Shown: piece by piece, positions 31,841 to 40,887 of the stretch
How the letters are laid out: each line of letters opens with the position of its first letter
Position numbering within the stretch: position 1 is the first letter of the stretch
Assembly: GCA_029856125.1 (NCBI GenBank)
Contig: JAHQWJ010000080.1
Coordinates: 90,576 to 154,575 of the forward strand
Direction: 5' to 3'
Length of the DNA stretch: 64,000 nucleotides
Origin: Promethearchaeia archaeon
Lineage (GTDB): Archaea; Asgardarchaeota; Lokiarchaeia; Sigyniarchaeales; SOKP01
Made by a program: the position numbers and the translations under genes
Notes under the pieces: model-generated
Seen by the model: the letters and a program-made list of their open reading frames with translations, nothing else
Told to the model about the DNA's origin: nothing
Database searches by the model: none

Positions 31841-32584
31841 ATGAATAAATTCAGGATCATTCCAGTTATTGATATTTTAAATTCTCAAGCTGTACACGCA
31901 ATTAAAGGAGAACGAGAAAAATATAAACCCTTGAAATCAGTTTTAATTAATGATAGCAACCCAACACGAATTGTATTAACATTAAAAAAAAAGTATTTAT
32001 TCAACGATTTTTATATTGCAGATTTGGATGCTATACTTCAAAGAAAGCCTAATATCACAATCCTTTCAAAAATACTTGATATTCCTGAGGTTGAGATCAT
32101 GATTGACCCCGGAATAATAACCAATAAGGATGTAGAAAAATATTTTAACCTTAATCTAAAATCGTTGATTTTGGGATTAGAAACCTTAAGAGACCTAAAA
32201 GTTATTACAGAGTGTTTAGAACTGTTTGATATTAACAAGATTATAGTAAGTATTGATATGTACAACGAAGTAATTCAAACTAATATAAAGGAATTTAGAA
32301 GTCAAGATATACTTGAAATCATTTCCAAAATTGAAGATTTAGGCGTAGTTAATATAATTTTACTTGATCTCTTTAAAGTTGGACAGAAAATAGGAGGAAT
32401 TTCCGCACTTTATTTAAAGATAAGAGAACAATTTAATGGCGAAATATTTGTTGGAGGTGGAATAAAAGACATCCAAGATATTAAGGGTTATAAAAGTAAT
32501 AACTTCTCGGGAGTTCTGATTGGGACTGCTTTACACGATGGTTCTATAAAAATCGAAGAACTAAGAAGTTTTCTCAAAAGTTAA
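31841..32584 (+). CDS. HisA/HisF-related TIM-barrel protein (C1-cofactor-linked type)
   Basis: 'IIPVIDI...AVHA..GER..Y.P', 'YIADLDAI', 'GGGI', 'GTALH.G'. Confidence 0.8.
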   Translation: MNKFRIIPVIDILNSQAVHAIKGEREKYKPLKSVLINDSNPTRIVLTLKKKYLFNDFYIADLDAILQRKPNITILSKILDIPEVEIMIDPGIITNKDVEKYFNLNLKSLILGLETLRDLKVITECLELFDINKIIVSIDMYNEVIQTNIKEFRSQDILEIISKIEDLGVVNIILLDLFKVGQKIGGISALYLKIREQFNGEIFVGGGIKDIQDIKGYKSNNFSGVLIGTALHDGSIKIEELRSFLKS

Positions 32585-33111
32585 TCAATAAAAATAACAC
32601 CCGAGCCTGAAACATTTAAAGATTTCTTACATACGGGGCAAGCGTGCTTTACTCTAACCCAATCGGTTATGTGTTCCTTATGGGCCTTCGCTTCGCAAAT
32701 TGGACAGCCAGCCACTTCGTCAAATATTTCAATATTCTTTCCACACACTGCACACTTGGTTTTTGATACCGTAGAAATCCGTATAACTTCTTTTTTTATA
32801 TCGAGCACAACATTATCTGTGTTTTCAGCTGTAGGATTAATTTGTTTCAATTCGGTCCGGGTATCAACACAAAAAATGGTTCCCTCGCTATCATCTTTAC
32901 GATTCCCAATCCAAACCACTTTACCCTTGAAATAACTAGATCCCTCGTTTTCTAACGAGAGGCTTAACTTTCGATCTTCCATCACATATGTTTGAATTAC
33001 TTTGGTATATTTCAACCCATCTAAATTTGTGGATATTTGTTTAACCACTTCAAATGGTTCTCTGAATACTTCATTTGTTATGTCGACTTTCGTGATTTCT
33101 TTCGGGGACAT
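32581..33111 (-). CDS. RING-like Zn-finger domain protein
   Basis: C-terminal CAVC-x11-CPIC-x4-HKEH-x3-W-x6-CPVC. Confidence 0.75.
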   Translation of the reverse strand: MSPKEITKVDITNEVFREPFEVVKQISTNLDGLKYTKVIQTYVMEDRKLSLSLENEGSSYFKGKVVWIGNRKDDSEGTIFCVDTRTELKQINPTAENTDNVVLDIKKEVIRISTVSKTKCAVCGKNIEIFDEVAGCPICEAKAHKEHITDWVRVKHACPVCKKSLNVSGSGVIFID

Positions 33112-33318
33112 AATAATTCATCGTTTTTTTGATATTTAATAATAATTATTTAATTTAAATTTTTATATCCTTTTCTTCCTTTTACTTTTCTTATCAAATT
33201 TTAAATATCCTAAAATAAAAGAGAATTTATAGCTTGAAGTATAAAAGATCTAGTATTAGAACAATCTAGTTGGATAATTTGGTTGATTAAAATTAATTCA
33301 TATAATAAGTGATCGATT

Positions 33319-34053
33319 ATGCGAGAACGTATCAGATTACTTGTAAGCCCTAAATCATTAGAAGAAGCTAAAGTTGTAGTTCAGCAAAAAGATGTAGACT
33401 ATATTGATTGTAAGAACCCGGTTGAAGGTTCTTTAGGGGCTAATTTTCCGTGGATTATAAAGAAGATGAAGAATTTAATACCTCAAAACAGTTCTCAATT
33501 ATTAAGTGCAACAATAGGAGACTTCCCAAATTTACCTGGATCAGCTTCTTTGGCCGCTCTTGGCGCTGCCGCATCCGGAGCTGATATTATTAAAATAGGA
33601 CTTAAAGAATCAACGACAGAGGATGATTGCGTCTACTTAATGAAAGGTGTCGTGAAAGCTGTAAAGAGCTATAATGCAAATATAAAAGTTGTAGTGGCCG
33701 GTTACGCAGACAGAATAAGGATGAACACATCACCAGATTTTTTATTACTCCCGAAAATAGCAGCCAAATCTGGAGCCGATATAGTGATGCTTGATACTTT
33801 CATCAAAGATAGAAAAGGTTTATTTGACTTTTTAAGCGTTGAACAATTAAAGCTTTTTAAAAATAAAGCGAAAAAACTCAATCTAGAAGTCGCTTTAGCG
33901 GGATATTTAATGAAAGACTCCCTACCAATGGTAAAAAAAATAATGCCCGATATTATTGGCGTAAGGAGTATCGTATGTGAAGGATATGACAGGAATAATG
34001 GGATTATTAGAGGACATCTCATAGAAGAGTTAAAAGCTGAATTATATGCCTAA
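33319..34053 (+). CDS. mfnB: (5-formylfuran-3-yl)methyl phosphate synthase (methanofuran pathway)
   Basis: 'LLVSP...EEA', 'IDCKNPVEGSLGANFPW', 'SATIGD', 'MLDT..KD...LFD', 'GVR..VC'. Confidence 0.9.
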   Translation: MRERIRLLVSPKSLEEAKVVVQQKDVDYIDCKNPVEGSLGANFPWIIKKMKNLIPQNSSQLLSATIGDFPNLPGSASLAALGAAASGADIIKIGLKESTTEDDCVYLMKGVVKAVKSYNANIKVVVAGYADRIRMNTSPDFLLLPKIAAKSGADIVMLDTFIKDRKGLFDFLSVEQLKLFKNKAKKLNLEVALAGYLMKDSLPMVKKIMPDIIGVRSIVCEGYDRNNGIIRGHLIEELKAELYA

Positions 34054-34146
34054 AACTTTAAAAAATAAATACTACGAATAACTAAATCCTCATATTTTTA
34101 GTTCATTTTAATAACATTAATTTGGTTACTCTGATGACTTGATATT

Positions 34147-34977
34147 ATGTACGAAAAGGAATTAGGAATAATTGGTGTTGGTAAAATTGGTTCTGCTCTC
34201 TTAAAAAGAATAATTTCTACTAATACGATCGAGAGGAAAAAAATTATTATTTTTGATGTAGATGAAGAGAAATTGCACGATCTATCAAAAAGCTTAGATG
34301 TAGATTGTGCTAATAGTAATACCGATTTAGTTAATTCATCTAAACATGTTTTAATTGCTGTTATCCCTCAAGTAATGGATATTGTTTTGAGAGAAATAGA
34401 ACCTGCAATATCTGTACAGCATGTAATAATATCTATTGCAGCAGGAGTTTCTTTTACTCATATAACTAAAATTATTACTAAACCTGTATCATTAATACGA
34501 ATAATGACGAACACTCCAGCTCTTGTAGGCGAGGCAGCTACAGCGATAGCTCGTAACGAAAATGTCAAAGAATACCAACTAGAATTCGTTAAAGAAATAT
34601 TCAATTCTGTAGGGATGGTAGTAGAATTAGAAGAAAGACATTTAGACGCAGTAACTGGTTTATCTGGAAGCGGTCCTGCTTATATATTTATAATTATTGA
34701 AGCTTTAGCCGATGGGGGTGTAAAAATGGGCTTACCTAGGGCTATTGCCCTAAAACTAGCAGCTCAAACCCTTTTAGGTTCTGCAAAACTTCTATTGGAA
34801 ACTAACATACACCCCGCAGCACTGAAAGATATGGTAGCAACTCCAGGAGGGACGACTATAACTGCAATACACGAACTTGAATCTGCAAAAATAAGAGCAA
34901 CACTAATCAGAGCGGTGGAAGCAGCTACATTAAAATCCAAATCGTTAAATTCAGCAAAAACAAATAATAATCAATAA
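34147..34977 (+). CDS. proC: Pyrroline-5-carboxylate reductase
   Basis: GVGKIG, 'ISIAAG', 'GLSGSGPAY', 'TPGGTT'. Confidence 0.95.
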   Translation: MYEKELGIIGVGKIGSALLKRIISTNTIERKKIIIFDVDEEKLHDLSKSLDVDCANSNTDLVNSSKHVLIAVIPQVMDIVLREIEPAISVQHVIISIAAGVSFTHITKIITKPVSLIRIMTNTPALVGEAATAIARNENVKEYQLEFVKEIFNSVGMVVELEERHLDAVTGLSGSGPAYIFIIIEALADGGVKMGLPRAIALKLAAQTLLGSAKLLLETNIHPAALKDMVATPGGTTITAIHELESAKIRATLIRAVEAATLKSKSLNSAKTNNNQ

Positions 34978-35026
34978 TTAGTTTTAAAAAACTTCTTATA
35001 CAAGATTTTCTTGTTATCTGTTAGAA

Positions 35027-36238
35027 ATGGTAAAAATATCCAAGTTTGGAGAAGATTTTTTACTACTGGCACTCAGAATTGACAAACATATTAAAGGATA
35101 TGTTGATTTTTATATTGGTCCAGAAAAACTCCGGCAAATTGTAGATCGTGAATCTCTAACAGCTCCAAACACGTTATTAAATGACTCCACCAATTTAATA
35201 AAACAAGTGGGAGCTCAAGGTTACGACAAAGAACGCGAACGGTATATCGAAAAGTTATTAGTAGCTATGAAAACCTCAATAGAAATTTTAAAAGGTTCTG
35301 AAATTTCTATTAAAGATCAATTTTTAAAACTTTATGATGTAGATTTACAACCTGCTAAAGAAGCGGAGTTGGATAATGTAAAGGAAGAGATTGATGAAGC
35401 TTACAAAGGATCTGGAAGCTTAGAAGAACGCATGAATAAATTAAGAATTACTCGTAAAGTTCCTGAATCAAAGGTTTTTAAATTCTTTAAAAAAGCAGTT
35501 GACATAACAGAAAAAAAAACTAATGAATTATTCATCGATCTATTACCAAAAAATGAAAGAATAATTATAGATATAGTAAAAAATAATAATTCAAGCGAAA
35601 AAGTAAAATGGAGCTGCTATAATTGGTACTTGGGTAAATATGTTAGTCGAATTGAGGTTAATCCTAAATACCAAATGTATTGGACTGCTTTATTAACATT
35701 TTCCTCTCATGAAACATATCCTGGACATCATACTGAGTTTGCTATAAAGGAAGAGAGGCTTTATCGCAAGTTAAACCAATTTGAACATTCCATCTTAATT
35801 CTCCATTCGCCAAAATTAGTGATTTCTGAGGGAATCGCCAAAAAAGCAATTTCTATACTCTTTTCAAATCAAGAAGTAGCAGAAATTGGGTTAAATGAAT
35901 TTTGTTCAGATCCATTAAAAGAGGCCTCTCTTGAAGAGTTGGAGCTACAAGATATAGTAAAAGTCAAAATTCCTCTTTTTTGGTACAATTTTGCATATCA
36001 TGCTTTAGTTGATAAGTATAATAAGAAAGAACTAATGCGATATGGAAAAAATTTTGAAATTTTTAGTGATGAAGATTTGATTACAGGAATAGAAAGAATG
36101 TCAAATCCCGCACATTCAAGTAACGCTTTTATGTATTACCTTGGAATTAATATTTTACAGAAATATGGAGATGTTCCTTCATTAAAAGACTTTCGAAATT
36201 TACTCGTTAATCCAATTTTACCATCTGATTTAATTTAA
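35027..36238 (+). CDS. DUF885-like putative zinc metallopeptidase (cytoplasmic)
   Basis: 'HETYPGHH' plus downstream 'SEGIA' (gluzincin-like third ligand) and 'YYLG'; no signal peptide. Confidence 0.7.
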   Translation: MVKISKFGEDFLLLALRIDKHIKGYVDFYIGPEKLRQIVDRESLTAPNTLLNDSTNLIKQVGAQGYDKERERYIEKLLVAMKTSIEILKGSEISIKDQFLKLYDVDLQPAKEAELDNVKEEIDEAYKGSGSLEERMNKLRITRKVPESKVFKFFKKAVDITEKKTNELFIDLLPKNERIIIDIVKNNNSSEKVKWSCYNWYLGKYVSRIEVNPKYQMYWTALLTFSSHETYPGHHTEFAIKEERLYRKLNQFEHSILILHSPKLVISEGIAKKAISILFSNQEVAEIGLNEFCSDPLKEASLEELELQDIVKVKIPLFWYNFAYHALVDKYNKKELMRYGKNFEIFSDEDLITGIERMSNPAHSSNAFMYYLGINILQKYGDVPSLKDFRNLLVNPILPSDLI

Positions 36239-36442
36239 CACTATTCTTATAGCCCTTTTAAAGTTTGATGGTTACAAAAGAGTATTTTTAAGTTTCTGAA
36301 TAAGGGAATTTACTAATTTTTATTGCAGTTTAAATAAACTATTTGAAATTATAATGTGTAATAAGAAGAAGTGTTTTAGATTCGTATTCGAACTTCTAAG
36401 AATAGGTTAAAAACATTTAAATTTATATATAAGGTGAAAAAA

Positions 36443-36472
36443 ATGCCTGGTCAAGCTGGCGGGATACCCTAA
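36443..36472 (+). CDS. Micro-ORF 1, MPGQAGGIP
   Basis: AAGGTGA SD 5 nt upstream; followed by a hairpin and T tract; repeated at 37178. Confidence 0.65.
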   Translation: MPGQAGGIP

Positions 36473-36475
36473 ACT

Positions 36476-36547
36476 GGTGCTGTTTATAAGAGTAATTTAC
36501 TCGAGTGCTCTTTATAAACCCACCATTTATTTTTCTTCCTTTTTTTT
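36476..36547 (+). terminator. Hairpin + T-tract after micro-ORF 1
   Basis: GGTG..TTTATAAGAG...CTCTTTATAAA..CACC followed by a T-rich run. Confidence 0.55.
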
Positions 36548-36805
36548 AGGGCTTTAAATAAATTTTTTGAATTAATATTTTGATTTAAAAATTTTAAAAT
36601 TTAAAGTAATTAAAATTAAAGCCTTAAATAGGATTAACAGATTAACTAATTCTTACTGTTCACTTTTCATTTTGTTAGGAGTTTATATAATCTTTTTCAA
36701 ATTATAAATTGATTAAGAAAATGGTTCTGAATGTTTCTATTCAGCTTTAAAACTATAAATTAACTAAGTTAAGCATATTGCACTTATAATTAAAAGTGAG
36801 ATAAA

Positions 36806-36838
36806 ATGCCTGGTGAATCAGACTCTATTCCAAAATAG
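36806..36838 (+). CDS. Micro-ORF 2, MPGESDSIPK
   Basis: AAAAGTGAGATAAAATG initiation context, almost identical to that of rpa1; GATGTTT/AAACATC hairpin plus T tract downstream. Confidence 0.6.
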   Translation: MPGESDSIPK

Positions 36839-37177
36839 ATGTTTTATATATAAACATCATATACTTCCTTTTTTTTCTTTAAAATTTATAATTTTTTTTA
36901 CAATTAATTTCTAACCAAAATGTACACTGAATGGTCTAATTGGTTTACTTTAATTTTTATTATATCCAATTTATGTAAATAATTTAATAATTTTTGGCGG
37001 TTACAAAGGAGGATATTTAAATCCTAAAACTTGTTGACTGTGTAAATTTTATTGAAGTTTAAATAAACTTTTTAAAATTAGAATGTGTAAGAGAAAAAAG
37101 TGATTTGGATTCGTAATCCAAATTTGACTTCTAAGTATAGGTTAAAAACATTTAAATTTATATATAAGGTGGTTAAA

Positions 37178-37207
37178 ATGCCTGGTCAAGCTGGCGGTAT
37201 ACCCTAA
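37178..37207 (+). CDS. Micro-ORF 3, MPGQAGGIP
   Basis: AAGGTGG SD; differs from micro-ORF 1 only by synonymous GGG>GGT. Confidence 0.65.
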   Translation: MPGQAGGIP

Positions 37208-37256
37208 ACTGGTGTTTTTTATAAGAGCACTCCAAGATAGTGTTTTTATAAAAGTA

Positions 37257-38240
37257 TCATATATTTTCTTTTCTTTTTCCTTTAAAATTAATTGTTTCTT
37301 GATTGTTTATTGTTAGAGTAAATGTTTTGATTTCAGGTTTATATGTGTTAAATATTTCATATACTTCCTTTTCTTTTTCGCTTTTGCAAAAAGCATACAC
37401 TGAACGCCCTAATTGATTCATGCTTGCTCCTATAATATCCAATTTGTGTAAATTGTTGAGTAAATCCTTTGTTTTATCTAAATTTAAAATCTCCATAATA
37501 TGTGTATTTTCTGCAAATTGGTATGATACTTTAACAAAATTCTTATAATTGGGTTCTAATAATAATTTGTTCAAAGCAAATTTACCTGCTTCCTTTATGT
37601 TTGAGCTTAAAGTCTTATCTGATAATATCGATTTGGTTTTTATCGTTCCAAAAGAGCCACAAATTACTAAAAGATCGTTTGGACTTTTTAAACGCTCGTG
37701 ATTACAAGGATAACCAGGTTCTTTTAAAACGCACAAACCTCTTCCTAATTGACCACAAACAGTACCTAATCCCGTTTTATTAATAACCTCAGCAATGTGA
37801 GCTACCCTTCCGCTTTCTAAATTAGTCAAGTTTAGGTTCAATAGTTTATTCAGTCCAAAAATCGTTCCTAGTGCTCCTGAACCACTTGCTCCGTACCCAC
37901 AGCCAACGGGTAAATCAAAAAAATGTTCTATTTTTACATTAATGGGGTAATCAATCAGTTTTCTAATATAATCGAATACGAAATATGTTGTTTCTGCTTT
38001 ATTATCTAATTTTTCTTCATTAATATAAATTGTACACTGACTTTGCTCTTCTTTTTCGAGCTTTTTACAAGATATCACCGTTTTCCCTACCCCACTTACG
38101 TTAAACCCGGCTCCTCGAGAGCCAATTTCTTCTGGATTTTTAATTGGAATCCCGTTTTTTTTATCTACAATTTCAAAAAAACCCGAAATTCGGTGGGGAA
38201 CTTCAACAATAATTTTATTTGTATTACTTACCATACCCAT
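37257..38240 (-). CDS. Pantoate kinase (GHMP family)
   Basis: 'P.RISGFF', 'GSRGAG', 'PVGCGYGASG', 'AH.AEV...TGLG', 'SMNQLG'. Confidence 0.9.
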   Translation of the reverse strand: MGMVSNTNKIIVEVPHRISGFFEIVDKKNGIPIKNPEEIGSRGAGFNVSGVGKTVISCKKLEKEEQSQCTIYINEEKLDNKAETTYFVFDYIRKLIDYPINVKIEHFFDLPVGCGYGASGSGALGTIFGLNKLLNLNLTNLESGRVAHIAEVINKTGLGTVCGQLGRGLCVLKEPGYPCNHERLKSPNDLLVICGSFGTIKTKSILSDKTLSSNIKEAGKFALNKLLLEPNYKNFVKVSYQFAENTHIMEILNLDKTKDLLNNLHKLDIIGASMNQLGRSVYAFCKSEKEKEVYEIFNTYKPEIKTFTLTINNQETINFKGKRKENI

Positions 38241-38306
38241 TAAATATTTACTTGACCCAATTTAATTATATATTAATTAAAAAATAAAAGTCAATTATAG
38301 TTTATT

Positions 38307-39014
38307 ATGACAAAGAATATTGTGATAAAGTTTGGGGGCTCTCTTCTGTTTTCTGAAGGGGGAACTATAAATTATGAGAAAATTACCGAATTTTGCGATT
38401 TAATAAAAAACGACAAAAATTACGATTCAATCATTATCGTATGTGGGGGAGGAACAATCGCTCGACAATACATTAAAGCAATAAGAGAATTTACTGAGAA
38501 TGAAATATTATGTGATTTGATAGGAATTGATATATCGCGAATAAACTCCCGATTAATAGTAGCTAACATGAAAGAGTTTGCTTATCCTCAAGTTCCAGAA
38601 TCATTTAAAGAATTATCGACAGCGATTATTACTAGTAAAATTGTAGTTATGGGTGGATTACAACCGGGACAATCAACAACTTCCGTAGCTATTCAAGTAG
38701 CAGAATTTTTAAAAACGGCGCGTTTAGTAATTCTCACTGATGTTGATGGCATTTACGATAAAGATCCAAAAGTATTTGATGATGCAAAATTATTGAGAGA
38801 ACTTAATTATGATTCCCTTCAAAAAATTATTTTAGAAATGTCCGGAGATAAGCAAGCTGCGGCTGGGGAATATAGGATTTTTGACGCAGTTTCTTTGCAG
38901 ATATTAAAAAGAAGTAATGTGGTTGTATCGGTAATTTCAGGCTCGAACTTAGACCAGTTTAAAAAATTATGGAATAACGAAAAAGCGAATGTAGGCACAA
39001 CAATTACGAAATAA
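38307..39014 (+). CDS. pyrH: UMP kinase
   Basis: 'VIKFGGS', 'GGG..AR.YI', 'GGLQPGQSTT.VA', 'TDVDGIYDKDP'. Confidence 0.95.
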   Translation: MTKNIVIKFGGSLLFSEGGTINYEKITEFCDLIKNDKNYDSIIIVCGGGTIARQYIKAIREFTENEILCDLIGIDISRINSRLIVANMKEFAYPQVPESFKELSTAIITSKIVVMGGLQPGQSTTSVAIQVAEFLKTARLVILTDVDGIYDKDPKVFDDAKLLRELNYDSLQKIILEMSGDKQAAAGEYRIFDAVSLQILKRSNVVVSVISGSNLDQFKKLWNNEKANVGTTITK

Positions 39015-39081
39015 CTCTTTTTTATAATAAAATATTAAAATTTAGCACATTTTTCTAACATAGTAATTAAAAACTTAACAC

Positions 39082-39327
39082 TTGAGTAAAAAGAGAATGT
39101 CTCAATCTACTTGGAAAGACCAGATTAAAAAAAAATGGGGACCTCATAGTCATTGTCCTATTTGCGGAAAAGCGATGCCAACAGATAAACAATTTTGTAG
39201 CCAAACCTGTCAAGATAAATACCACGGCACCCAAAAAAAGCAGAAGAAAAAAAGCAGAATTCAAATGATATTCATGTTTGGTATGATGGCGGTTGTTTTC
39301 ATATTCATGTTTCTTTTCACACCGTAA
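39082..39327 (+). CDS. DUF2116-like Zn-ribbon tail-anchored protein
   Basis: 'PHSHCPICGKAMP....FCS..C' plus C-terminal TM. Confidence 0.8.
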   Translation: MSKKRMSQSTWKDQIKKKWGPHSHCPICGKAMPTDKQFCSQTCQDKYHGTQKKQKKKSRIQMIFMFGMMAVVFIFMFLFTP

Positions 39328-39392
39328 AAATCAAGGAAAATTGTCCTTCCCTTTTCTATTTAAAATAACTCGATAAATAGCGCTTTAGGATT

Positions 39393-39511
39393 GCAGGGAT
39401 AGCCAAGCGGTCAACGGCGGTGGACACAATCGAGAGCACATAATTTGTTCTTGAGCCACACTCAAGATCCATTGACATAGGTCTACAGGGGTTCAAATCC
39501 CCTTCCCTGCA
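39393..39511 (+). tRNA. tRNA-Leu(CAA) with 36-nt BHB intron at 32/33 (39426-39461)
   Basis: GCAGGGA/TCCCTGC acceptor; GTGG/CCAC BHB helix; spliced loop CT-CAA-GA. Confidence 0.9.
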
Positions 39512-39575
39512 TCTTTAATATTAACAAAATGATTAGAAACACGCAATTGTATTTCTAAAATATTCATTTCTTCAT

Positions 39576-39935
39576 TTATTTCTGAGAAATTTCAATTAAC
39601 GCTTCCTTCAGTAATTCCATTAAAGGTTTGGTAATCCCTTGATCTTCTTTGATGTGCTTTAAAAAAAGTAGCAGCAATACGGGCTCTTTAAGGTCGGAAG
39701 AAATCTTTTCAACGATAATTTTACTTAAAATTTTACTTTGAACTCCAAATATTTGGTGAGACGCAGAAGAAGTTTTCACATTCTCAATTATAGAAGGGAT
39801 TCCTAATGTTACGGTTCCGATACCCATACCTTCTTCATCGGAAATAAGTACTAAATAACTTTTCACTAATTTAAAAATAGAGACATATAAAAAAATACTG
39901 TCAATTTGTTTCTTTTTTTCAATAAGTGGTTTCAT
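39576..39935 (-). CDS. Hypothetical protein, PAC4/PSMG4-like fold
   Basis: 'KLVKSYLVLIS...GTVTLGIP...IFG...SKIIVEKIS..LKEPVLL' parallels the PAC4 pattern. Confidence 0.55.
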   Translation of the reverse strand: MKPLIEKKKQIDSIFLYVSIFKLVKSYLVLISDEEGMGIGTVTLGIPSIIENVKTSSASHQIFGVQSKILSKIIVEKISSDLKEPVLLLLFLKHIKEDQGITKPLMELLKEALIEISQK

Positions 39936-39970
39936 TTTAAGATATCACCTTAAATGTAAAAAAAAGTGTT

Positions 39971-40774
39971 TTAAATCCCAATTTCTTTAATGGCTTCACT
40001 TACTTCGTAATTCTTATGAACAACTAAATATAGTGCTTTTACAACTTTTGTAGGATCTTCTGCTTGAAACACATTTCTTCCGTACGCAACGCCTGCGCCG
40101 CCAACTTCTATGGATTGTTTAGTTACTTCTAAAAGCTCTCTCACACTTGCCTTTATACCTCCGGCTATAATAACAGGCGCCATACATCCTCTTACAACTT
40201 CTTTAAAAGAATCAGGATCTCCAGTCCAATTTGTTTTTACTAAGTCTGCTCCGAGTTCTGCAGCAACTCTTGCGGCGATTTTAACGACTTGAACATCGTA
40301 CTCGCTATCAATATTTTCTCCACGAGGATACATCATTGCCAAAAGTGGCATCCCAAATTCTCTACACTCGCGTGAAATGTTTCCCAAGATTTCTAACATT
40401 TCTGGATCAGTTTTTGTTCCAATGTTAATGTGTAGAGATACACCATCAGCACCCAACTTTACTGCCTCCAATACATTATTTACTAAGACTTTGTAATTTG
40501 ATTCTGGGCTTAATGATGTCGATCCTGATAGGTGTAGTATCAATCCAATATCCGGACCGTATCCCCTATGCCCATAAAGTGGAATCCCAACATGTCCTAA
40601 AACCGCATTAGCGCCACCTAAGGCAATTTTGTTAACAATTTCTCCTAAATTTCTCTCTATTCCTTTAATAGGTCCTAATGTTAATCCATGATCCATAGGA
40701 ATTATGATTGTTCTTTTTGTTTCTCTATTAAATATTCTTTCTAACCTAATACTTTTGCCTATGTAACCAGAAAT
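39971..40774 (-). CDS. DhnA-type class I aldolase / ADH synthase (MJ0400-like); start extended to ATT 40774
   Basis: Conserved N-terminus 'GKSIRLERIFNRETKRTIIIPMDHG' lies upstream of the track ATG; 'AELGADLVKT', 'AGG', 'GRNVFQ'. Confidence 0.9.
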   Translation of the reverse strand: MSGYIGKSIRLERIFNRETKRTIIIPMDHGLTLGPIKGIERNLGEIVNKIALGGANAVLGHVGIPLYGHRGYGPDIGLILHLSGSTSLSPESNYKVLVNNVLEAVKLGADGVSLHINIGTKTDPEMLEILGNISRECREFGMPLLAMMYPRGENIDSEYDVQVVKIAARVAAELGADLVKTNWTGDPDSFKEVVRGCMAPVIIAGGIKASVRELLEVTKQSIEVGGAGVAYGRNVFQAEDPTKVVKALYLVVHKNYEVSEAIKEIGI

Positions 40775-40887
40775 AGTTTATTCACCAATAAATCAATGAT
40801 TTTATAATTAAATTTAACTATAGAATATATATTATAATAGTTAGCATTTTTTTAATTCTTTTAAATCAAATTCGTTATTAAAATTGA

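Noticed and set aside
36260-37256. CRISPR array or attenuator leader interpretation of the repeats
   Set aside because: The units are long, irregularly spaced and have no cas genes nearby. No co-oriented downstream gene exists to be attenuated.
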